From Microbotryum violaceum (Eukaryota), in contig CDLV01000008.1 of assembly GCA_001244265.2 (NCBI GenBank), positions 62,001 to 126,000 of the forward strand: a stretch of 64,000 nucleotides of DNA, written 5' to 3'. Shown here piece by piece: positions 35,452 through 46,930 of this stretch. A program made the translations under genes and the position numbers. How positions within the stretch are numbered: position 1 is the first letter of the stretch; each line of letters begins with the position of its first letter. Below the pieces are notes generated by a model. The model searched no databases, had not been told where the DNA came from, and saw only the letters and a list, made by a program, of their open reading frames with translations.

Positions 35452-38400
35452 ATGGCGTACGCCAACTCGAAACCGTTGTACCCCGTACAAGCCGGTGGAC
35501 CCAACCCGCTTCATTTCCGCGGCTTGACCCTCGGTAGGTTTCATAGACACACTCCGCCCTCGCCAAGCACGCATGCACTGCACCTTGTGGCCCCGCTCGC
35601 TTGAGGCTCGTGTGGGGCGCCCCGGACCACGCGGCTCCAAGCCCGCCACTTCACGCATCGCCCTATACCCAGTCGGGTCGCTTGCGGAATCAATATGCTG
35701 ACCTTTCGGTTCTCAAACTAGGACGCCTCGGAAACTTTGAAGGTGGTCCGTACGACAACATCCACTCGGTCCTGTACGAGCACCGCATCGACGATCCCGA
35801 GCACATCCAGATCGAATCGTGGAGCTCGCCCGGAACGACCAAGGTGAGAGCACAGTCGTCGTCATGACACCGATTTTAGTTTGACCTGAAGTGCTATCCA
35901 TCGCCGTGCAGACACCTTTCCAAGAGGCCATCAAGCAAAAGTTCAAGCCGGCCAAGAAGGGTGACCACTTTGGGCCTTCGTGGTCTCAGTCAGTATCCTT
36001 CATATATTACCGCGTCCCGGTGACCGAAGCACTCATCTTAAACACGAAACGTGATACCTGCAGTCACTGGTTCCGTATCACCATCAACCTGCCGAGCGCG
36101 TGGGCCAATGCCGACCGCGTTCAGCTCGAGTGGGATCCGGGATGCGAAGCCATGGTCTACGACACTGAGGGCTTGACGCTGCAAGGTATCACCGGTGGCT
36201 TCGGTGTCGAGCGTCACATCGAGTTCATCCTCGACCCCAAAAAGAGGAGCTCGACCTACAGAGTGAGTGCCCATGCATGACAGAACTGCTCCCAACCACA
36301 TTGCAAATTCTGACTGCGATGGTACCTGCCGAATCGCAGTTATACATCGAAGGTAAGCGCCTCTAGTAGACAGGTCAGGACCTACTTCGCCCACTACTAA
36401 CGCAGGTCCACTGCTCGGATGTGCTTATATGCCGCTACAAAAAGTTGCGTGCAACGCCATGTTCGGTGAGTCGCTCACTGCCGACTATTTCGCCCATCGA
36501 GCCGAGCAAACCCGTTCCCTGCCCAACGCAGGCAACGGCACGCCCGACAACAACGATCCCCCCGACAACAGTCGCATGTTCCAGGTACGTCTTCGACTTG
36601 CACTCTCATTGCATGCACTCTGTTGACTCGTTTTCGTGCGATGGCATAGCTCGCCACGGCCGATCTCGTCGTGCCTCGCATGGACGCGTGGCAACTCCGC
36701 TGGGACTTCCGCACAATGAACGACCTGGCCCATGCTCTCCCCGAAAACTCGCCCCTCGGCAACAAGTGCTTAGAGGTGTGCAACGCCATCATGAATACGT
36801 TCAAGGCCGATGAGTTGTCGACAATCGCCAAGTGCCGCAAGCTCGCCGAAAAGGTCTTTGGTCAGGGCTGGGAGGAGCTCGGCCACAAGATCTTCAAGGG
36901 CGACCCCGCCGACGCGATGACGTGGGGCATCGGCAACTGCCACATCGACACGGCGTGGCTGTGGCCATACTCGGCGACGCGTCAAAAGACGGCGCGATCG
37001 TGGTCGACCCAACTCGATCTCATGGACCGCTACCCCGAGTACACGTTCGTCGCGTCGCAGGCGCAACAGTTCAAGTGGCTCGAGGAGGACCATCCGCTCT
37101 TGTTCCAAAAGATCAAGGGTCGCGTCGAGTCGGGCGAGTTCCAACCGATTGGTGCGGCTTGGGTCGAATGCGACACCAACATGCCCTCGGGAGAGGCTCT
37201 GTGCCGCCAATTCCTGTACGGACAGCGCTACTACAAGTCGCGCTTCGGCAAGTACACGCGCACTTTCTGGCTACCGGACTCGTTCGGGTACTCGTCGCAA
37301 TTGCCGCAGCTATGTCGCTTGGCTGGGTGCGACTTCTTTTTCACGCAAAAGCTCAGTTGGTCGCAGTTCAACGCTCCAGTGAGTTACGACGATCCCTGTA
37401 GGACAGGATTGTTTTGCACTGTCTTGACCTTCCAAATGACGCCATGTCCCAGGTCCACACCTCGTTCAAGTGGGTTGGCCAAGATGGGTCGCAGGTCTTG
37501 ACCCATATGACGCCCGTCAACACGTACACGGCCCAAGCCTCAGTCGACGATGTCCGCAACTCGATCAACAATCACAAATCGCTCCAGTCCGGCGCCGCGA
37601 CCGGCTTGCTCGCGTTCGGCAATGGTGACGGTGGCGGAGGACCGCTGTCGCACATGCTCGAAAACCTGCGACGTTGCCGCGCCGTGGCGGACCACTCGGG
37701 TGAGCTGCCCAAGGTCACGATGGGCAAGACGGTTGATCTCTTTTACGAAGACATCCTCAACAAGTCCGAGGGTGGCGCGACGCTGCCCACGTGGAACGGC
37801 GAGCTGTACCTCGAGCTGCATCGCGGTACGGCGACTTCGCACGGTTCGATCAAGAAGGGCAACCGCAAGAGCGAGATCTTATTGCGTGAAGTCGAATATG
37901 CCGCGACGCTCGCCTCAGTCTGGGGCGCGACCAAGAAGGGCTACTCTTACCCCAAGGACAAGATCGACCCGTTGTGGGAAGGAGTTCTGCTCAATCAGTT
38001 TCATGACGTCCTGCCCGGTTCGGGTATTGCGCTCATCTATGAGGATGCCGAGAAGGTGAGCTCGAAGTCGAGCTTGTATGGAGCTCGTTGGGAGAAATCT
38101 GGCTAATGCGAAGCTTCCCTGCGGCCTCAGATCTACGCCGAGACAGCCGAGAAGGGCGGAGCGCTGCTCGAAGAGGCGCTGCGTGTTCTATTGCCCGGCT
38201 CCGTTCGAGCCGACGACGTTAACGCCGAAGGGGACGAGCTCGTCGCGGTTAACACTACCAACTTTGCCCGTCGCGACCTGGTCAAGATCCCGCTCGCCGG
38301 GGCCCGCGCCCTCGCGGATGCAGCGATCCAGCTCAGCCACGATGGAGCGGCCTACGTGTTGTTCGAGAACGACGGCGCCCAGCCCCTTTCAAGCACGACC

Positions 38401-39648
38401 TCGATCGAGGCGCTCAACCTAGTCCCCGCTCGAGCGCGCGCCGTCGGCTCCGACTATGTCCTGTCCAACTCGCAGCTCAGGGTGACCGTCAACAAGAAGG
38501 GTCGGATCACGAATCTGATCGACGTTGAGCTGAACCGCGAGTTGATCGACGAGGGCAAGACCGCGGGCTTTGTCATTTTTGAGGACCGCCCGCTCAACTG
38601 GGATGCATGGGACATTGACGTCTTCCACCTCGAGACTAAGGAGGACGTCGATGCCTCTTCCGTTGAGGTGCTCGAGGACGGACCGATGCGCGCCTCGATC
38701 GTCGCGACCTACCACGTCGGCAAGAGCAAGGTCAAGGCGACAATTTCGCTCGATGCGATCGCGCCCGTCGCCAAGAAGGACACGCTCAGCTTGGTGCGCT
38801 TCGACACCGAGGTCATGTGGTTCGAGAAACACCGCTTCCTCAAGTGGGAGGTTCCCCTCGCGATCTCGAGCGAGTACGCGACGTACGAGAACCAATTCGG
38901 TGTGTGCCAGCGACCGACGACGCGCAACACGACGTGGGACCGCGCAAAGTTCGAGGTCGTCGGGCACAAATTCGCCGATTTGAGCGAGTTCGGTTACGGC
39001 GTCGCCTTGCTCAACGATTGCAAGTACGGCTACGCTTGCGAGGGCAACATTCTGCGCCTCTCGTTATTGCGTGCACCGACCTCACCCGATCCGCACACCG
39101 ACGAAGGTCACCACGCCTTCTCGTTCGCTCTGCAGCCCCATCGAGGTAGTTTCGTCGAGTCCGATGTCCCGGTCGCAGGTTGGCTCTTCAACCAACCCCC
39201 GCAAGTCCGCCGCATGCCCCGCGTCAGCTTACAAGCCGCCCTGGCACGCGATGCCGTTCCTCAACCTTTCAAGCTCGAAGGTACGCGCAACATCATGCTC
39301 GACACCATCAAGCGTGGTGAAGAGGACCATTTCACCGGTAAAGGTTCGACGACGGAACCTCAGACCGTCGTGCTTCGTTTCTACGAGGCGTTCGGTGGCC
39401 ATGGTCAAGTCGACGTCGTCTCCCCTCTGACGATTGAGAGTGCGACGATTTGCGATCTGCTCGAAAGGGATCTCGAGGATGTAGAGGTTGTGCAATCCCT
39501 CAAGGGTGGGAAGGATATGAGTTCGTTCAAGCTAAAGTTTAGGGGTTTCCAAGTCGTTTCCGTCAAGGTGACACTCGCGACGTCGAGTGGTGGTGGAAAG
39601 GAGGAGCTCAAGGGGAGCAAGCGGGATGATCAGTGGTTGGCGTTGTAA
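35452..39648 (+). CDS. AMS1: Vacuolar/cytosolic alpha-mannosidase, GH38 class 2C
   Basis: Motifs GNCHIDTAWLWP, RSWSTQLDLMDRYPE, FWLPDSFGYSSQLPQ, FGNGDGGGGP, WNGELYLELHRGT, NQFHDVLPGS and RPTTRNTTWDRAKFEV. Confidence 0.96.
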
Positions 39649-39836
39649 AAACTGAAGAAGAGACTTATTCTTCTTGGAATGCGCCCTTTTTTCGATCCTG
39701 TATGAAATTTGATCCTGTCCTTTTTCTGCTCTTTGGGCGAGAGATCTCGAATGGTAAAAGTCTGAACATTGACATATGCAAAAGAACGACGGGTGGGGAG
39801 TACAATGCTCAAGCTCCAGCGAAAACGGCAAGCTCC

Positions 39837-41517
39837 TCATGTTTCTGCCTTTTCATGCTCCTTCGCCGCATCGCCGTTCTCATTTTCCTCCTTGATATCC
39901 ATCTGCTCAAAATCGCCACCCATCCTTCGAATCCGTTCCATCTCCTCCAACCGATCCTCCCTCTCCCTCCTGATCCTCAACAAGGTAATATCCCAATCCT
40001 CCTCCTCCCCCTCCTCCTCCTCGTCCTCCGAATCCATGCCCAAATCCGGATTGAAAGAGAACAAATCCCTACCACTCATTCCCGTCGCCTTACCCTGTGC
40101 GAACGTAGTCGATTTGGCGGCTCTAACCAATTCCGCTTCTGCCTCCTTCTTACTAACCCTATTCTTCTTCCACTCCGCAAACGATTCCTTCGTAATCGGG
40201 GTCAATTTGGATTGATCCAATTTATGACGTTCGACCTCGATGAAATCTTCCAACGTGATCTCTTTCCTCTTGGAATCTTCTTCTTCCTTCTTGCGTTGAG
40301 ATTTGAGTACGAAACCGGGTGGTAAGGCATGACGGTATTTGCACGCGTCACCCCCGTCGGGACATTCCCAAAACCATCCATAGCGGCCCGTTTCAACGGC
40401 GTCGATAAAGTGCTGGCGGACGGGAGAAGGTGGGAACCATCAGAAAACAGTGGGAGGGAGCGTTTCGTTGAACTCGAATGCTCTCTCTCTCTCTGTGTGT
40501 GTGACTGACCTTGCAAACGATATCGGTCGTCGCGAGTGGGTTCCCCTTCTTACTCACGACCTGCTGCAGTTTCTCGTCGTTCCACTTGTCCATCGTGTCT
40601 GCGCAAAGAGGTGCGCGTGAACGAGGTCCCGGGTGAGTATTGGAACCTAGGAATATGCCCCCGAGTAACATTACTGACCGGTCTCTTTGTTCTCATCACG
40701 TTGATCGGCGTAGATGGAGGCTTTCTGTTGTTTTCGATCTTGGTTGAGGTCGTGGGAGAACTTGCACTTCGTACCTGCCGAGTGCAGTGGGGGGGCGATG
40801 CGCGCACGGAGCCAGCCGTCAGCGAGGGAACGGGATACTTGACCAAGCACGATCAGAAGGAGGGGGACCTTTACCTTTCTGACATCGACCCGCTTTGTGG
40901 AAAGCGCATAAAACCGTTTTCGGGTCTAGCGTACGAGGTAGTCGTCAAAATCAGGCATCAGCCCGATCAGTTTTCGAAAAAGCGGGTTCACGGGCTGACG
41001 CTGGACGACATGGGCTAGACTGACCGACTCCAAACGGTACTTTGGGTTGTACGATATCGATCGGTGTGAACAGATTCGCCAATTCGTCCTTCTTTTGGGC
41101 ATCGGCGGCTTTCCTCGCTGCCATAGCGGCCTTTTGTCGATCCTTTTCTTTAGCCTCTTCGGTCCTCCCCTTTTGCGCGGCCTGTTGTTGCAACAAGGCT
41201 ACTTTTTGTTGACCTTTACCACCTTTCTTGTTCTTCATTCCAAAGGTCTGCGTAGGACAAGAGAACAGGGGGGAGGTGAGGACTTTTTGAGGAGTTAGGA
41301 ACTGAAGGGTTGATCAGAGTACGTACCAAGTCGGGCTTGACCTTGGCCGGTCCGGCATCCTTTTGTTTCTTGGGTGGCACTGTGCGAGTGAGAGTTGGAC
41401 CGGTCGGCAAGGTACGATGTAGGTGTCGTGTGTCGTGGTCGCGGGGCAAGATGACGAGCGTCGGGGGGTCAGCATGGGCAGCCGTTCGCACGAGGTGAGC
41501 GCAGGGGCAGACTGACT
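39837..41517 (-). CDS. TMA46: Translation machinery-associated CCCH zinc-finger protein (Tma46/ZC3H15/DFRP1)
   Basis: Motifs [68 protein letters not shown] and [13 protein letters not shown]. Confidence 0.93.
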
Positions 41518-41891
41518 GGTCGGGTGTTAGCTAGCTGTAGACGTTAAAGGTGAGCGAACAGAAAGAGGGTGTTTGCTCGCTGGATCTTGTCGATCAGAGT
41601 GGGTTAGTGGCAAGGGACAGGCTTCTCTCACCGCGACGGGGCTCCGCTTAGGCTCGCGGTGGGTATTGTGACTTAGTAACGGTTACTGATTCGTTTGAAT
41701 TGAAAGCCGTTCGCGCCTGTTTCGCGCGCCCATTCGCTCTCGCGCTGTGGCGGAGCTCGACTTCGACGGCTCTTTCTCTCTCGGACGAGTTGCGAATTGC
41801 TCGAGAACGTCGACCGTCTTGGATGCTCGTGTCGCGCTCATTACTACGCGCAACAAGCACACTCTTTTACTACCCCACCACAGCCACCATC

Positions 41892-43527
41892 ATGACCACC
41901 CGACAACGTTCCTCCTCGCCTGCGACGACGACTACAACACCTCCAGATGTCGCGGAATCGACTTCGCAAGGAAATGACCGAGCAGTCTCCCCTCGGCAAC
42001 AGCAGCACCACGATGAGCACGGCCGAGCAGCGAAGCGTATTCGATTGGATCATCATCAACCGTCAGTGCGTACAGTACCCTATCACAAGGGACTGCATCT
42101 CGCTCCGATGGTGAGGATCGGCACCTTGCCTACACGGCTACTCGGTCAGTGCGCTGCTCTCTTCTGCCGCGCACTCGCAACGCAGCTGACTGAACTTATA
42201 TCTTCACTCCCCCACAGCCCTCGACTATGGAGCAGAATTAGTTTGGGGTCCGGAGATTGTCGACAAAGCCATCATCGGCTCAGAGCGTGTCGTAGATCGT
42301 AGGTCTCCCCATCCCGTCCGCCCTCCGATCTCCGAGCAACCAGGCCTGAGAAAACCCTTCCCTCCTCCCTCTCCCACAGCCAGATCAGGCACCATCAAAT
42401 TCATGAAAAACAACCGCTCCGTATTCGAATGTCACCCCGTAGAGAAACCGCGACTCATCTTCCAACTCGGCTCCTCCGATCCCGAGTTGGCGGTCCAAGC
42501 GGCCAAGATGATCGCTGGCGACGTTGATGGGATCGGATTGAATTGCGGTTGCCCGAAACATTTCTCCCTTCAAGCCGGGATGGGAGCCGCGTTGTTGTCC
42601 GACCCGGACAAATTATGTTCGGTGTGTTTTTTGTTGGGGTAATAGAGTGAGAAACTCTTTCCTCCCTCTTTCCTTGGCTGACTCCACGTGGGATATCCAG
42701 ATCCTCGAAGCGCTCGTCAAAGAGATTCCACTGCCCATAGACGTCAAAATTCGCCTCTTCCCCACCTCCGAACCGACTCTAGCGCTCGTCAAACGACTAC
42801 TCGATACGGGCGTCAAATGCCTGACCGTGCATTGCCGAACGAAGGAGATGCGTTCGACCGAACCGGCTTTACTGGACAGGTTGAGGGAGATTGTTGAGCT
42901 CGGGAGGGAGAAGGGTATTCCGGTGGTGGAGAATGGGGATTGTTATGATGCAAAGGATGCGAAAAGGATAACGGAACAAACGGGTGAGTTGGCAAGGAGG
43001 AAGAAGACAGTTATGGGGTCAGTGGAGTGCGACTGACGGTTCTTGGGGTCTTTTGGGAATAGGTGTGACGAGTTGCATGATTGCCCGAGGCGCAGAGGCG
43101 AACCCTTCTTGTTTCAGGAAGGAAGGCTTGTTGGATTCGGTCAACGAGGTCATTCCTCGATTACTTCGACTGGTCAGTCGGCACCCTTTCTTCCCTTCTG
43201 AATCGCACCAAAGTGTTCTCAAACTTCCCCATCTTTTTTCTCGCGCAGTCACTCGCGTCGGATATCAACTTTCAAAACACGCGTTATATCATAAACTCGA
43301 TGACGCTCACCTCTGAAACCTTATCCAAGCGAGAGAAGGGAGCGATCAAACTCGCTTCCAACAAGGCTAAAAGCTATTACGAGATGGCGGAGGCGTTTGG
43401 GATTGATAAAGAGGCTGTGGATCAGGCGAGGGGGATGGGGATTGAGGGTCTGGTACCGGGTTGGATGGAGAGGAGGAAGAGGATCTTGGAGGAGGAGGAG
43501 CTGGGAGAAGAAGCGCACTTGAAGTGA
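41892..43527 (+). CDS. DUS2: tRNA-dihydrouridine(20) synthase (Dus2/Smm1-like)
   Basis: Motifs LAPMVRIGTLPTRLL, YGAELVWGPEIVDK, LIFQLGSSDPELA, LNCGCPKHFS..GMGAALL, LTVHCRT, ENGD and MIARGAEANPSCF. Confidence 0.92.
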
Positions 43528-43792
43528 TGCAGTGTAGTATGTTTTGAGTAGCGTTTTGGGTTCTTGGAGAGCATTTGGCATAGCAATAGCATCGTTTGTG
43601 GATCCAGACTGCATAATACATCTTGTCTCGCGCTGAGACTGTCTGCCGATCGTCACGGGGAAAATTGCTTTGAATTTCCCGAGAAGTCAATCGACGGCGA
43701 CGCGTCTCGCTCAGTCTCCTGCTGCTGCCCCCACCTGCGTATCGCCACGCCCTCGGAAGCGCCGTCTACACCCCCCGCCGCGCGCAAACGAG

Positions 43793-45752
43793 ATGGACGT
43801 CGATATACCCGCAGACAACCCCTCGCAAGTAACCGTTGTGGAGGTCGGAGCCGTGCCAACACGTCATTCTGCGTCGTCCAAAGTGCTCGTCAGCCTCGAT
43901 GATCCGTACGACCTTGAGCAGGTCACGGGCAATTACCAGGGTCAGTCACTGCCTTCAACTCAGCTTCATTATGGAATGACTGAATGTGGTTTTGTCTTTC
44001 CCCCTCCTAGGCCGAACCAAAATCATGCACCTGCTCTACATCGCGCAACTGTCGCCCTCGCTCGCCGCGCCCGCTCTGACTCTGACCCTGCAAGAACTCA
44101 AAGCCTCGACCCTCGACGTCCCCACTTACGAACAAGCCTTCCACCAATACCGCCAAGTGCTCAACTCGATCGAAAGTGGCGAGTTGAACGACCCCTTCGC
44201 TCGAGCTTGGTACGAAGGAACGATCAAGAGTGGGGCTCAGCCGGCGCAGGTAATGGATCGCGAGTGGTGCGAGAGGAGTAGGAAGGAGGCGAGTAGTGGG
44301 TTGGAAAAGTTGCAGGTCGAGTTGAAGGGGTATTCAACTAATCTGCTCAAGGAGTCCATTAGGGTGAGTATTCAGCTGGGGGGGGGGGGGGGTCCTCAGC
44401 GATGCCCCATGCTCTTGACTTGACCCGTTGACCCGACCCATCGTCCTCGCATCACGTTTTCATACAGATGGGCCATCGTGACCTAGCTCGTTTCCAATAC
44501 AGAGTCGGTGACCTCACCGCGGCCGAACACTCTTACCTCCGTTCGCGCGAGTTCTGCCTCACCTCGCAACACCTCCTCGACATGTCCGTCGCCGTGATCG
44601 AAATCGCCCTCCTCCTCCGCAACTACTCCCACGTTCATCAATGGACAGGTAAAGCCGAAGGTGCTTTAGAGTCCATGCATTCCAGCGCCAACGCCCAAAA
44701 CGCCAAACAAAAACCTCAAGTCAACCTCCCGGGCATGGTCGCGCCCGCACAGGATCCGGCTCAGATCGCGAGGGAGAAGGAAAGGACTGCGATGCAAGAG
44801 AGGTTGAACGTCGCGAATGGCGTCGCGTATTTGGGGCATGGCACGTATGATCGAGCGGCGTTCTTGTTGAGCGGGGTGGGAAGGAAGCGATGCATTCTGC
44901 GGCGGGGCATGTGAGTCCTGATTAAGAAGCACAGGCTTTCTTTCCGGACGGCACGAAGACTGATCTTGGCATTCGTTTTCCTCATAGTTCATCCCTGCAG
45001 CTGACGTTGCAGTGTACGCGACCCTGACGGGTTTGGCCACCTTTAACCGCAACCAATTGCGCACGAGACTGCTTGAAAATGATGACCTGCGTCCGATGCT
45101 CGAACTCGAACCTTATCTGCGGGACATCATCCAGGCGTTTCATTCGAGTAACTTCAAAGATGGGTTGGAGGGGTTGGAAAAGTACAGCGTAAGTGGTGGA
45201 TCGGTGTGCTTCTGATTCCTGTGAGGTGGTGAGATGCTGACTCAAGTTCCGATCCACCTTCACCAGACGCGCCAAAGACTCGACCCTCATCTCGCTCCCC
45301 ATCTCCCGAACCTGATGCACCAAATTCGTTCCCGCGCGCTACTCATCTACTTCACCCCCTTCGCGAGCGTTTCCCTGCCCCGCTTCGCCGCCGCCTTTGG
45401 ATGGTCCGAAACGACCCTCCTCGAATCCGTTGTCGAACTGATCGGACAAGGGCACATGAAGGCTCGTATCGATAGTCAGAATAAGGTTCTCGTGGCGAAA
45501 CATATTGATGCGAGGGTCGAGGCGTTCAAGCATGCGTTAAAAGAGGGGGAAAAGATGCAGAGGTGTCAGCAGGCGGCGGAATTGAGGTGCGTTACTTGTT
45601 TCGTAGTTTCAGCGTTAGGGGTACATTCGCCTGGTCTGATGGGAATGTTGCACAGGGTCAAGCTCATCCAATCCAACATCGTCGTCAAGGCTTCAAGGGG
45701 TCACACGCACCAGGCTTCGCATTCGCAAGGGCAAATCGAAGTCGCACCTTGA
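43793..45752 (+). CDS. CSN1: COP9 signalosome subunit 1 (PCI domain); one apparent 1-nt frameshift near 44880
   Basis: Motifs LQVELKGYSTNLLKESIR|MGHRDLARF, YLRSREFC, LELEPYLRDIIQAF, LDPHLAPH..IRSRALLIYFTPF and ARIDSQNKVL. Confidence 0.9.
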
Positions 45753-46930
45753 AACTCCTAACTAGCTCAGACTCCTCGTCATGAGGGGTCCCTTTTATTT
45801 GTCTTTCCCTTTTGCATTTGCTTTCGTTTCCAGGCACAGAGTCCTACCCGTTGTACTTTGTACTTTCCATTTCATCATTGCCATGCACCTCCAAGCCCGT
45901 ACACGAAGCCGCATCGACACTCGATCGATTCTTTAAAACTGAAAATCCACCCCGACTGAAACTTCCTCCTCGGTATCCCCTGACAATAGGCTGGCCCCGG
46001 CCGAGAGGTTGCTTGGTGGCGCGCGCTTCCCGATTTGGTAGGCTGCCTCGCGAAAGGGGCCAGGATCGCCCGACGGGTCACGCGATCCCGGGATTGCAGG
46101 GTCGACCACCTCCATGTAGTCCAAAGATTTCAATCCGATTTTCAGCTCTGAGTCCAGCCCGATGCTTCCTTCGCCAATGCCTAGGACGATTCTGACTGAA
46201 ATCCGCATGTATAAGTTTATCAACCTTTCGGGTTTTCAGTTTTCTCGACATGTACTGCGGTTTTGTAGCGGGCCCTGCCATGACCGCTGATGACTCGAAC
46301 GGCATTCACCTGCAGACTCGCGATCGTGGTTCACTAGGACCTGCACATGACTCGGCAACGTGATTTGCTTGCATCTTCGGTGCCTCCTATCGTGCCAACT
46401 CCATCATACGGCACATTCTCACCTTTCTGGGTCGCATCGCACCTGCGCCGCCAAAAGCCGGATCCGGAGTGACGAGATTTCCAATATCCCCAGCCGAGTC
46501 CTTGATTTTGTGGGTGTCAGAAACCGTCGCAAGATCACAAGATTCACGACGAAGAGGGGCCGTTGAAAATACCTCGCTCAATGTGACTTCCAGGCTGGGC
46601 GGGCGCCCGGTAACTCCTGTCCCGCTTGTTCCAAATCATTTTACTAGTATAGATGCAGATCGATCAATTGTTGACCCGCGGGCGCGATTCTGATCGATCT
46701 GGGCGATCGTAGGACCGCGCTATGATTGGCCTGTGCCTCAATTGACTAATGAGCGTTTGACTCGGGGATAAGCGCTTCGCATCAACTCATTACGGAGCGT
46801 ATTTGTGCTCTGCTTCACTTCGCGCGCGGCCGGGCACCATCGCACCCGTGCATTCATTCGCAGGGCTTATCCTCGCTCGCCTCGGTCGTCGCCAATCCCT
46901 TTACGCTCACCGCTTTGAAAGCGCTACAAG

